From: Verrucomicrobiota bacterium
GTDB taxonomy: Bacteria > Verrucomicrobiota > Verrucomicrobiia > Limisphaerales > SIBE01
NCBI GenBank assembly: GCA_016190065.1
Contig: JACPRI010000259.1
Coordinates: 1-54,179, forward strand
Length of the DNA stretch: 54,179 nucleotides
Reading direction: 5' to 3'
Shown: positions 8,624 through 17,293 of the stretch, in pieces
Numbering within the stretch: the first letter of the stretch is position 1
Layout of the letters: the number at the start of each line of letters is the position of its first letter
The notes under the pieces: generated by a model
Told to the model about the DNA's origin: nothing
Databases searched by the model: none
What the model saw: the letters and a program-made list of their open reading frames with translations, nothing else
Program-made: the position numbers and the translations under genes

Positions 8624-10855
8624 CTATGGCCTTCGGCTCAGCCAGTGCTCGACTGCAGATTTGAGCGCGTCGCGATCTTCGGCCGTGAGACCGTTGGGAT
8701 CGAACCGCAGGCGCTGGTGCCACGCCAGCAGGGGCTGCAGATCAGACGCGCCAGCCAGGGCGCTTGCATCAATCCTTCGCAGCCAGGCGGACAGCGTTTC
8801 GGTTGCTCGCCGAGCCAGTCCCAGTTCCGCCAGTTTGCGTTCGACCAGATAAAACTCGGAGTCCAGTCCTGGCCAGACTGGCGATGTTGATTTTTTGGTG
8901 TCCGCCGGCCGCGTTCGCCTCCACTGCTTCCGGGACAACAGGCGCCAGCCCGCTAGCAGCAACAGGGGGATGGTCAGCCAGGTCAAATACTGTTTCCACC
9001 CGCCTTTGCCCCAACGCCATTCTCCAATCGCGAACCGTATCCACGACCAGGCGTCGGAGATCCATTCCCAAGGCGTCGCGCGCGCTGTTTCGATTTCGTT
9101 CCAGCCGGCGGGCGTGGTATCGACCTCGCGCCACGCGCCGTTCACCCAGGCCAAACACCAGGCGTGCGCATGGCGCTCCCGCACGACCCATTCCCGGCCG
9201 TGCCGTTCCTGCACGGAATACCCCACGGCATAGCGCGCGGGAATGCCCGCTTGACGCAACAAGAGCGCGGTGGCGGTGGCGAAGTATTCGCAATGCCCCG
9301 CGCGATTCTTCCGCAAGAATACGGCGAGTGGGCTCGCCTCTGCCGCTCTTGAGTTCGCAAATGAAGGCGAGCGGTTCACGTGGATTTCTCCTTCCAGCCA
9401 CGTCGAGTAGCGGAATTGTCGCGCAAAAAAATTTCTGACCTCCTGCAATGTTTCTTCCGGACGCCGATCGCTCAGCTTCAATTCTTCCGCCACCTGCCTG
9501 ACCGCAGCCCGCTCGACGGATGGAACCTCGAGATCCTCCGCATCCGGCGGACTGTCGATGGACGCTCCCTCGTCGTAAGCCGCGTGAAAGCGGGCAAAGC
9601 CCGGACCAGACGACATGCGGACCGCGCCCAGCCGGTTGGTCTCCATCACGAACGCGGGCAAATCCTCCAAACGTCCGGCGCCCAAGGGAAGCGCCAGCAA
9701 CCCCGCGCCGCCGGAAAAAAGACTCGCGATCGTGACCTCGCGTTTTGCGAATTGGCCTCGAAGCAGCCGCCAAGTGGTTTCATCATTCTCCGGCAGAAAG
9801 TTTGCGAAATCTCGTTTCGTCGCCGTCCAGTGCGGAGACTTGAACTGGGTGTAGCTCACCTCGCGCAACAATTCGGGTGGGAGCTGTCCGTCGGTTTCGA
9901 CGCGAAGCACGATGCGTCCCGAAAGTTTCAGCCGGCCAATTTCGCCCAGCATGGTCCGGCTTTCTCGCGGATCGAAATTTCTTCCGCTGGCGAACCGCGC
10001 GACCAGGGTGCTCTCAAAGCGCTGGACCGCGCTGCGGACCAAAAGCAGACCTTCCAAACTCACCAGCCCGACAAGGATCGTCAGCAGGGCGCAGGCACTC
10101 CATTTCAGGGCAGACACCCGGCGCGGGCGGGCCGTCCACAACGCCCAACCCGCAAGCAGCATCAGGCCGATCGGGAAACGGAATGTGCGATTGTTGGCGG
10201 CGCTCGTCGCGAGCAAGCACACCGCGAAGAAAGGCCAGAGCACGTTGAGGCCGGAATCAGCCTTTTCGGGTTTCTCGCAGATTCCAGCGGCGAATATCCC
10301 GGGTGTCTGGAAATCGCCTTCCCCCTCACCCCGCCCCACACCCTTGGGGAGAGGGAGCATTGATCGCCGCCTAAGTGCGACGACTTCCATCGCGACACGG
10401 CCGGTTTCAAAGTTCAGCCCAACGCCCGCGGCGCGGTGGCGCTGCCGGCGGAGCCACCAGGAAAAGGTGCTCCAATCCATGCGGTCGCGCTGACCGAACG
10501 CTTGCGCGAGGGCGATGGGCAGGAACGTCAACGGCATCCATTGGAAAAACAAGAGCACCGAGCGCGCGCCCTTGTTCAGCGCCTCGCTGCGCTCCGCCAG
10601 GGAGTTGTCTCCAACCAGCGTCGCGATCGCGTTGACACCGTCGTTGGACGCGAAAGCGAAAATCGCCGCGCCGAAGAAGAGCACGACGCAGAAGTTCCAA
10701 ATGCGATCGAGGTCGCCCTGCGAGAAGTCCCAGCGCGCGCGAATCCAGCGCGAGCTTTCCAGGAGAAGCGCCGCGATGGCGCCAAGCCAGAGCAGGCCGG
10801 TCTGCCAGCCCCAGAAGAGCAGCGCCGCGCCGAGCAAAAATCCGGGAGGATTCAT
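8624..10855 (-). CDS. transglutaminase-domain polytopic membrane protein (TgpA/DUF3488-like)
   Basis: Multi-TM N-terminus. The transglutaminase core is GHCEYFATATALLLRQAGIPARYAVGY ... HAWCLAW ... EVDTTP. The start ATGA overlaps the DUF58 stop. Confidence 0.9.
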   Translation of the reverse strand: MNPPGFLLGAALLFWGWQTGLLWLGAIAALLLESSRWIRARWDFSQGDLDRIWNFCVVLFFGAAIFAFASNDGVNAIATLVGDNSLAERSEALNKGARSVLLFFQWMPLTFLPIALAQAFGQRDRMDWSTFSWWLRRQRHRAAGVGLNFETGRVAMEVVALRRRSMLPLPKGVGRGEGEGDFQTPGIFAAGICEKPEKADSGLNVLWPFFAVCLLATSAANNRTFRFPIGLMLLAGWALWTARPRRVSALKWSACALLTILVGLVSLEGLLLVRSAVQRFESTLVARFASGRNFDPRESRTMLGEIGRLKLSGRIVLRVETDGQLPPELLREVSYTQFKSPHWTATKRDFANFLPENDETTWRLLRGQFAKREVTIASLFSGGAGLLALPLGAGRLEDLPAFVMETNRLGAVRMSSGPGFARFHAAYDEGASIDSPPDAEDLEVPSVERAAVRQVAEELKLSDRRPEETLQEVRNFFARQFRYSTWLEGEIHVNRSPSFANSRAAEASPLAVFLRKNRAGHCEYFATATALLLRQAGIPARYAVGYSVQERHGREWVVRERHAHAWCLAWVNGAWREVDTTPAGWNEIETARATPWEWISDAWSWIRFAIGEWRWGKGGWKQYLTWLTIPLLLLAGWRLLSRKQWRRTRPADTKKSTSPVWPGLDSEFYLVERKLAELGLARRATETLSAWLRRIDASALAGASDLQPLLAWHQRLRFDPNGLTAEDRDALKSAVEHWLSRRP
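10323..10355. repeat. family F hairpin (CCCTC.CCCC / GGGGAGAGGG) inside the CDS
   Basis: CCCTCACCCC-13 nt-GGGGAGAGGG has one mismatch and encodes LPLPKGVGRGEGEG on the minus strand. This is the same P-rich/G-rich coding signature as the modules in rsmB and the GT2 gene. Confidence 0.5.
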
Positions 10856-12204
10856 AACCGCCCTTCGATTTCCTGCAAGCCTTCCGCCACTTTCGCGACC
10901 TCGAGCACATGAAAACCCTCCGGCCTTTCTTCGGCAGTCCCGGCTCGCACTTTCTCAGCCAGGCTCGCCTCCGCCACAACCAGCACGAGCACCGGCAAAT
11001 CCAGCGCCTTTAGTTGCCGCACGAGCTCGCGCCGCGGCTCGTCCCAATCGAGAAACAAGCAAATGCAGCCGCAGACCTCACTCGCGTGTTGCAGGACCAA
11101 ATCTTGCAGTGCGCGGAACGGCTTCTCCCGGCACGGCTGCACGGCCGCGAGGATTTCCAGGGCTTGCTCCATGTGGCTCAGCCCGCGTCCCACGGTGAAG
11201 CGGACCGCTTGCGGCCCGACGAACATCAGGTCGAGCAACGATTCCTGCGTGTCGATCGTGCAGGCAAACGAAGCCGCGACGGACACGGCTTCCTCGAAGG
11301 CGGCGGTTTGTTCCGGCGTGGCGAACGCGTCGAGGATCAATGCATGCCGGACGAAGAATTCGTCCTGGAATTCTCGCACAATCGGACGGCCCGTGCGCGC
11401 CCAACTGCGCCAGTGAATGTGCCGCATCGGGTCCCCGGGCCGGTAATCGCGCAGCGAGACGAATTCATCCGACTCCCCGATGACCGATGCGAGCGCGACG
11501 CCGCCGTGCTGGTATCTGCGTTCGCCCGGCAGCGGGAGCGCGGGCACCGAATAACGCCGGGGCAGGACGAGCAACGTTTGCGGCAGCGGCACGCGCACAA
11601 ATCCGCGGAACAAACCGAAGGGATCCGCTCGCGCCACGGTCGCGCCAAGGAAGCGCAGCGGACCCCGCCGCAAGGGAATCAGTACAACCTCAGCGTCAGC
11701 CTGGCCTCGCGCAGGCAGGTCCGGCAGCGGCGCGGCTTTGACCGTGGCCTGACGCAGGCGCAACGCGGGCGAGTTGGAAAGCGTGAGTCGGAAACTGCGT
11801 CCGCGGGCGGCGTTTCGCTGCCTGGAGGCGAACTCCGCCAGCGTCGGGCACGGATCGGAGAGTTCTTCCAATAATTCAAGGCCTCGAATCGCTTTCGCAG
11901 TCCGATTCCAAATTCTGATTGGATAAGCGAGAGGTTCTCCCACCGTCGCGTAGCGCGGCAGTTCGCGCTGAATGGCGAATTGTCCGCGGAAGAAACCCGC
12001 GCCGCCCATGGAAACCGCCAGCAGGCTCAGTGCGAGAATGAACACCTCAAACGCGACCGACTGATCCATGTCCACGCCGATGGCGGCGCTGAAGAATAAT
12101 GAAACCAGGACGATGACTCCGGCGGGAGTAAAGCGTCGCGACAGCCAGTAATTCAGCCCGGTGAGCGGACGATAGAGTCGGTAAGTGAAACGAACCATAG
12201 ACAT
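10852..12204 (-). CDS. DUF58-domain protein (MoxR-associated)
   Basis: DEFVSLRDYRPGDPMRHIHWRSWARTGRPIVREFQDE is the DUF58 signature. Two N-terminal TM helices are present. An alternative start is ATG 12198. Confidence 0.9.
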   Translation of the reverse strand: MSMVRFTYRLYRPLTGLNYWLSRRFTPAGVIVLVSLFFSAAIGVDMDQSVAFEVFILALSLLAVSMGGAGFFRGQFAIQRELPRYATVGEPLAYPIRIWNRTAKAIRGLELLEELSDPCPTLAEFASRQRNAARGRSFRLTLSNSPALRLRQATVKAAPLPDLPARGQADAEVVLIPLRRGPLRFLGATVARADPFGLFRGFVRVPLPQTLLVLPRRYSVPALPLPGERRYQHGGVALASVIGESDEFVSLRDYRPGDPMRHIHWRSWARTGRPIVREFQDEFFVRHALILDAFATPEQTAAFEEAVSVAASFACTIDTQESLLDLMFVGPQAVRFTVGRGLSHMEQALEILAAVQPCREKPFRALQDLVLQHASEVCGCICLFLDWDEPRRELVRQLKALDLPVLVLVVAEASLAEKVRAGTAEERPEGFHVLEVAKVAEGLQEIEGRL

Positions 12205-12372
12205 GGGGAGCGCACGCGCCCTCGCGTGCGGTGGGCGGCGCCTCGCCGCCTACATTCGGGCACTCTGACGAGCCATCATTTGTTGATCGATTGCGTCCTC
12301 GCTCCGACCGGCGAGGCGCCTGTGTGTTCGGCAGACAGGCCGGTCGGAACACGCGAGGGCGCGTGTGCTCCC
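12205..12372 (-). repeat. family A structured palindromic element, copy 3 (inverted relative to copies 1 and 2)
   Basis: The reverse complement is colinear with copies 1 and 2 (GGGAGCACACGCGCCCTCGCGTGTTCCGACCGG ... CACCGCACGCGAGGGCGCGTGCGCTCCCC). It fills the moxR-DUF58 intergenic gap. Confidence 0.85.
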
Positions 12373-12384
12373 AGCGGAATCGCG

Positions 12385-13377
12385 TCACGCCGGCACGGGA
12401 AGCCGGTTCAAAATTTCGTTGATGATCTTTTGCGGAGTCACGCCGGAGAACTTCGCTTGCGGCTCCAGCGCGAGACGATGCGCCATCACCGGCACGGCCA
12501 TTTCCTGAATCTGGTCTGGCGTCACGAAATCGAGCCCGTCGAACAAGGCCAGAGCCTGCACCGCCTTCATCAAGGCGATCGAGGCGCGAGGGCTGGCGCC
12601 GAGCTGCACGCCAGGCGCGCAACGCGTCGCGCCGGCCAGGTCCACGATGTAACGTTTCAATTCGTCGCTGATGCGCACTCCCTTGACCGCGGTCTTGAGC
12701 GCAAGGACATCGGCGGCGCTGACGCAAGGCGCGATTTGTTCCAGGGGATGGTGATCCGCTTGGGCGGAGAGAATCGCCACTTCCTCATCGGGCGCGACGT
12801 AGCCCAGCGTCAATTGCATCGCGAACCGGTCCATCTGCGCTTCAGGCAACGGATAGGTGCCGCGGAACTCGACCGGATTCTGCGTCGCGATGACGAAGAA
12901 CAGCGGCGGGAGGCGGCGCCGTTCGCCATCCAGGCTGACCTGGCCTTCGCCCATCGATTCCAGCAGCGCGGATTGCGTGCGCGGCGAAGCACGGTTGATT
13001 TCGTCCGCGAGCAGGATGTTGGTGAAGACCGGGCCTTCGTGGAACTGGAATACCTGAGCGCCCTGGTTGTAGATCGAGACACCGAGGATGTCGGAAGGCA
13101 GGAGGTCCGGCGTGAACTGAATGCGTTTGAACCGGGCGTCGATGGACCGCGCCAGGGCCTTGGCCAGCGTGGTCTTGCCGGTGCCGGGAAAATCCTCCAG
13201 CAACACGTGCCCGTCGCTCGCGAGCGCCGCCAGCAGTTTGCGCAGCGTGGCGGTCTGGCCCTGGATGACTTGCTCGATGTTGTGGAGCAATCTCCGGAAA
13301 ACTTCTCCCGGAGCCAGCGGATGAATTTGAAGTGCGGGTTTGGAATCAACCGGACTGACAGCGGGCGCGATCATCAC
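12385..13377 (-). CDS. MoxR-family AAA+ ATPase
   Basis: Walker A LLEDFPGTGKTTLAKALA, RIQFTPDLLPSDILG and LLADEINRASPRTQSALLE are present. The first codon is GTG 13377 and an ATG follows at 13374. Confidence 0.95.
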   Translation of the reverse strand: MMIAPAVSPVDSKPALQIHPLAPGEVFRRLLHNIEQVIQGQTATLRKLLAALASDGHVLLEDFPGTGKTTLAKALARSIDARFKRIQFTPDLLPSDILGVSIYNQGAQVFQFHEGPVFTNILLADEINRASPRTQSALLESMGEGQVSLDGERRRLPPLFFVIATQNPVEFRGTYPLPEAQMDRFAMQLTLGYVAPDEEVAILSAQADHHPLEQIAPCVSAADVLALKTAVKGVRISDELKRYIVDLAGATRCAPGVQLGASPRASIALMKAVQALALFDGLDFVTPDQIQEMAVPVMAHRLALEPQAKFSGVTPQKIINEILNRLPVPA

Positions 13378-13456
13378 ATAAGTTGGACACCGGAAATGGG
13401 GAATCGTTTCGATCCCGTCCCTCGAAACACGGCTATGAGGACAGGGCGCTTCTCAA

Positions 13457-13578
13457 AACAGAGGTAACAGAGATTCAGGCGTTTGGGCTGACTTGACGCT
13501 CCGGCCGATTCTCATCTCGTCGGACGCGCCTCGGTTTCCCAATGCCTCTCACTCCGTTGCCTCTGTTGCCTCCTGTTC
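13457..13578. repeat. family D inverted repeat, copy 2
   Basis: AACAGAGGTAACAGAG (13457-13472) is inverted relative to CTCTCACTCCGTTGCCTCTGTTGCCTCCTGTTC (13546-13578). The reverse complement of the right arm matches the D1 left arm at about 22/26 positions. Confidence 0.55.
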
Positions 13579-13609
13579 AGATTCTTCAGATGTCACAACT
13601 GAGCTTAGC

Positions 13610-15157
13610 TTAGTTCCTTTGAGGCGGCACGTTCCCGTAAGCCCACGGCGCGACGAAGGGCGGCGCTTTGGGCCGTTGGGGCATCGGTCCCGGCTTGAGG
13701 CTCGCGATCAGTTCCACGGCGGCTTTGGCCAACTGCGTCCCCGCCGGGATTTCCAAATTGCTGTAGCTGGTCAGCCGCGTCTCGTAACCGCCGCCGTTGG
13801 GGCCGAACGCTTCCTCCGTCGGCACGTACCCGACACAGCCATTGGCCAATTCGACGATGCTGGTGATCGGAAAGGAGCTTTGCTTTTTGATGTCCAAACC
13901 GAGCTGAACGAAATACTCGGCGGGATTGCTGACGAAAACGCTCGGACCAATCTGAATCGCTTGCACTTCGACTTCGACTTGCGGCTCTTTAGCAATCAAA
14001 GCATCCAGCAGCAGCGTCTCCTTGGCGAAGGTCCAGTTGGCCGCGCCCGCTTCTTTCTCGCTCTTTTGCACGGTCTCCAGCGCCCGCTTCAAATGTTCGG
14101 GCAAGGGCACGCGGCGCTTGATTCGCCAGATTTTCTGTTTCGCGGCGATGGCCGCGTTGGTCCCGGCCGGCGCGCGCAGCAGCACCTTGACGGCTTCGGC
14201 GCCCACGCTGCCGCCGACGAGTTGCGCCATGCGATCCCCGGGCCAATCCGCAAACGGACTCAGGTTGTCCACTTGAGTAATGTCGCCGCAGGCGCCTTGC
14301 AGAAAGACCACCACCGTATCCGGACCGAAATAGCCACGGATCGTTCTTTCGAGGTAGTGAATCCAGTTCGCCGAGATGCCGCCTGGGCTGGTCGTGGCGT
14401 GGCACGTATAATTGACCACGCAACCGATTAACTTCGAGTCCGCGGTCCACACACCGATCACGTTGACCTGCGGATCGATCGGTCCCGCGTATTCAAGAAT
14501 CTCCGGATTGCCCCGGCCAGGGTGGCTGAAGGTCAATCCACCTTTCATCCGCAAACGACGGTTGAAGGCAACTTTATCCTCGTGGCCCGTGCCGAAGCTC
14601 GCGCTGACCGGCGCGCGGGAATCGTGGGCCGCGCAAACGGCGTCGGCAATGGCGTCGCGCACCTGATCGAGATATTTCGGGTCGGCGCACGGCGATTTTT
14701 CGTAAGCGAGTTTCCGGACGAGTTCGGACGCGTGATCGTATTCGCCCGGCTGGACGAAGCCGATGGGGCCGGAGGAATGGGAGTGCGAAGCGCCGATCAT
14801 CACGGCGCTCGCGGGGATGCCGCAGCGTTGTTCGATCCGTTGGCGCGCGGCGAGCACCAGGTGGCGCGGAATGATGAGGCTGTCCGTGCCGACCAGCGCG
14901 ACGCGAGTTTCGCCGTCGTCGAAGACTGCGGCGCGCACTTTGCACGCGTCGTGGAACGATTTGTGAAAAGCTTTACCGTAACCGCCGGGAATTTCGCTGC
15001 CAATGGCCGGGGTGATGTCGCGTTCCGCGAAGCCGGCTTTCAACGCCCCGGCGGCGTGGATCGGAGCGGTGTCGCGTGTGAAGACGGCCAGCAGCGTCCC
15101 CATAAGAAGAGCGCGGCAGAATGTTCGTGCGAATCCGAGTGAAGAGCGGGTGTTCAT
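13610..15157 (-). CDS. secreted neutral/alkaline-ceramidase-N-terminal-domain-like hydrolase
   Basis: Signal peptide, then LKAGFAERDITPAIGSEIPGGYG ... ACKVRAAVFDDGETRVALVGTDSL, which matches the pattern of that domain family. Confidence 0.7.
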   Translation of the reverse strand: MNTRSSLGFARTFCRALLMGTLLAVFTRDTAPIHAAGALKAGFAERDITPAIGSEIPGGYGKAFHKSFHDACKVRAAVFDDGETRVALVGTDSLIIPRHLVLAARQRIEQRCGIPASAVMIGASHSHSSGPIGFVQPGEYDHASELVRKLAYEKSPCADPKYLDQVRDAIADAVCAAHDSRAPVSASFGTGHEDKVAFNRRLRMKGGLTFSHPGRGNPEILEYAGPIDPQVNVIGVWTADSKLIGCVVNYTCHATTSPGGISANWIHYLERTIRGYFGPDTVVVFLQGACGDITQVDNLSPFADWPGDRMAQLVGGSVGAEAVKVLLRAPAGTNAAIAAKQKIWRIKRRVPLPEHLKRALETVQKSEKEAGAANWTFAKETLLLDALIAKEPQVEVEVQAIQIGPSVFVSNPAEYFVQLGLDIKKQSSFPITSIVELANGCVGYVPTEEAFGPNGGGYETRLTSYSNLEIPAGTQLAKAAVELIASLKPGPMPQRPKAPPFVAPWAYGNVPPQRN

Positions 15158-15315
15158 AGTCTTTGATCAATGCTTCGAGTGAGCAGCGTAACGCAAAGGC
15201 GCGAGAATGACCAGACGGAGGAGTTTATTCTCAAAAGCTGATTTGCGTCCGCCGTCCTCTCAGAACGCGATTGCCACTTGTCACGTCTGCCAGCGGCCCT
15301 TAAGTTGCCGCGTCT

Positions 15316-16122
15316 GTGCATCCGGTTGCATTTCAAATCGGCGGTTTCACGATCTATTGGTACGGCATCCTGGCCGCGGCGGGTTTTCTGGCCGGGTTCT
15401 GGATCGCCGGACGCCGCGCGCTTCGGGAAGGTATCCGATCCGAGGACATCGTCGATCTTGCGCCCTGGCTGCTCGGCGGCACGATCATCGGGGCGCGGGC
15501 GTGGTATGTCGTTTATTACTGGGACAGCGAATTCGCTGGAAAACCGTATTGGGAAGTCTTCATGATCCGGCGCAGCGGCCTGGTTTTTTACGGAGGTTTG
15601 ATCGGCGCCTCGCTCGCGACGATTGTGTACACCCGTCTGCGCAAGCTGCCGCTCTGGAAAATCGCGGACATTCTGGCGCCCAGCATTGCGCTGGGACACG
15701 GCTTCGGCCGCGTGGGCTGCCTGATGACGGGCTGTTGTTACGGACACCCGACCTCGTTGCCCTGGGCCGTCCATTTTCCATCGGAACATTGGTCGAGGGG
15801 TGAAGGGGTCCATCCGACCCAGATTTACGAGTCGATTCTGAATCTGGCCTTGTTTGGCGGGCTGTCGTGGTTTTATCCGCGAAAGAAGTTCGATGGGCAG
15901 GTTTTCGGCGTGTACCTGGTGGCTTACGCCGTGCTGCGCGCTTTTGTGGAATTATTTCGCGGCGATTACACGGCGCTTGAACGGGTCGGAAGCGCCACGC
16001 CCGGCCAATGGGTCAGTGGCGGGATTTTGATCGCCGGTTTGTTCCTGCTCTGGAAATTGCCGGCGCTGAGCACGGCCAGCCCAAATCCGAAGCGCTGCGA
16101 TGAGCCGAAGAATGGAGGCTGA
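15316..16122 (+). CDS. lgt: prolipoprotein diacylglyceryl transferase
   Basis: GTG start. Motifs FTIYWYGILAAAGF, FGRVGCLMTGCCYG and HPTQIYESILN are present. Confidence 0.93.
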   Translation: MHPVAFQIGGFTIYWYGILAAAGFLAGFWIAGRRALREGIRSEDIVDLAPWLLGGTIIGARAWYVVYYWDSEFAGKPYWEVFMIRRSGLVFYGGLIGASLATIVYTRLRKLPLWKIADILAPSIALGHGFGRVGCLMTGCCYGHPTSLPWAVHFPSEHWSRGEGVHPTQIYESILNLALFGGLSWFYPRKKFDGQVFGVYLVAYAVLRAFVELFRGDYTALERVGSATPGQWVSGGILIAGLFLLWKLPALSTASPNPKRCDEPKNGG

Positions 16123-16287
16123 GGACGATCTTTTTTGAAACCCCTAATTGACCCTGATGAGGACTAATACACGAATCATCCGGCAGTCCATTCCGAGGGA
16201 TGGAATCACTCTGTGCTCCAACTCCGTCAGATTAGTGTCGAGGAGTGGCTATTAGTGGTTGATGGCCCGTTTCACGTGAACATCAGA

Positions 16288-17241
16288 ATGGACACCGCCG
16301 GAAAACGGACCGCCTCGTTCATCGTCGAGCAAACGCTCCCGAGCGAGCGGCTCGATGCCTTTTTGCGGACGCGCTTCCCGGCGGTCTCTCGAGTGACGCT
16401 CAAACGGTTGATCGAAGGAGGGGACATTCGAGTGAACGGCCAACCGGTCAAGGCGACTCATCATCCGCGCCAGGGCGAGAAAATCGAGGTGCGCTGGCCG
16501 GAGCCCAAGCCCTCCGCGATCGGCCCGGAGGAGATGCCGCTGAACATCCTGTACGAGGACGAGGACTTGATCGTGTTGGACAAGCCGCCCGGCCTGGTGG
16601 TTCATCCGGCCGAGGGGCATGAAAAGCACACGCTGGTCAACGGGCTTCTGCACCACTGCCAAGGCCGGCTCAGCGGCATCGGCGGCGTCGCGCGGCCGGG
16701 GATCGTCCATCGGTTGGACAAAGATACGAGCGGTTGTCTGGTCGTGGCGAAGAGTGATCCGGCGCACACCGGGCTGGCGAAACAGTTCGCCGACCGAACC
16801 GTGGAAAAAGTTTATCACGCGCTGGTGTGCGGCGGAATCACCGAACACGCCGGCGAAATCCGCGCCGCCATCGCGCGCCATCCGTCGCATCGAAAGCGCA
16901 TGGCCGTGACGGAAGGGCGAGGACGTGATGCCTGGACGAGTTATCGGGTGCTGGACAAGCTCCGCTATGCGACCTGGGTGGAAGCCGTGTTGCACACGGG
17001 CCGCACGCACCAGATTCGCGTTCATTTCCATCATCTCGGCACGCCGCTGGTTGGCGACACCACCTACGGCAGCCGCCAGAACGGGCGCTTGAAAGAATTG
17101 GCCGGCTATGTTGCGCCGCGCCAGATGCTGCACGCGCGGACGCTGGCGTTCGCTCATCCGTGCACGGACGAGCCATTGACGTTTGAAGCGCCGTTGCCTC
17201 GGGATTTTTTGGAGGCGCTGGCCGCCCTGCGGAAAGGTTAG
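16288..17241 (+). CDS. rluD: RluA-family pseudouridine synthase with S4 domain (RluD-type)
   Basis: S4-like RLDAFLRTRFPAVSRVTLKRLIEGGDIRVNG and catalytic HRLDKDTSGCLVVAKS. ATG 16288 is preferred to the upstream GTG 16213. Confidence 0.88.
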   Translation: MDTAGKRTASFIVEQTLPSERLDAFLRTRFPAVSRVTLKRLIEGGDIRVNGQPVKATHHPRQGEKIEVRWPEPKPSAIGPEEMPLNILYEDEDLIVLDKPPGLVVHPAEGHEKHTLVNGLLHHCQGRLSGIGGVARPGIVHRLDKDTSGCLVVAKSDPAHTGLAKQFADRTVEKVYHALVCGGITEHAGEIRAAIARHPSHRKRMAVTEGRGRDAWTSYRVLDKLRYATWVEAVLHTGRTHQIRVHFHHLGTPLVGDTTYGSRQNGRLKELAGYVAPRQMLHARTLAFAHPCTDEPLTFEAPLPRDFLEALAALRKG

Positions 17242-17293
17242 CCGGCAGGTCTTCAGAGTTAAACCACGGAGGAGGGCTCAGAATGAGCTTGGA

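Noticed and set aside
12226-13467. A 413-aa plus-strand ORF antisense to moxR, starting inside family-A copy 3.
   Set aside because: The MoxR Walker motifs are on the minus strand. The antisense product is low complexity.
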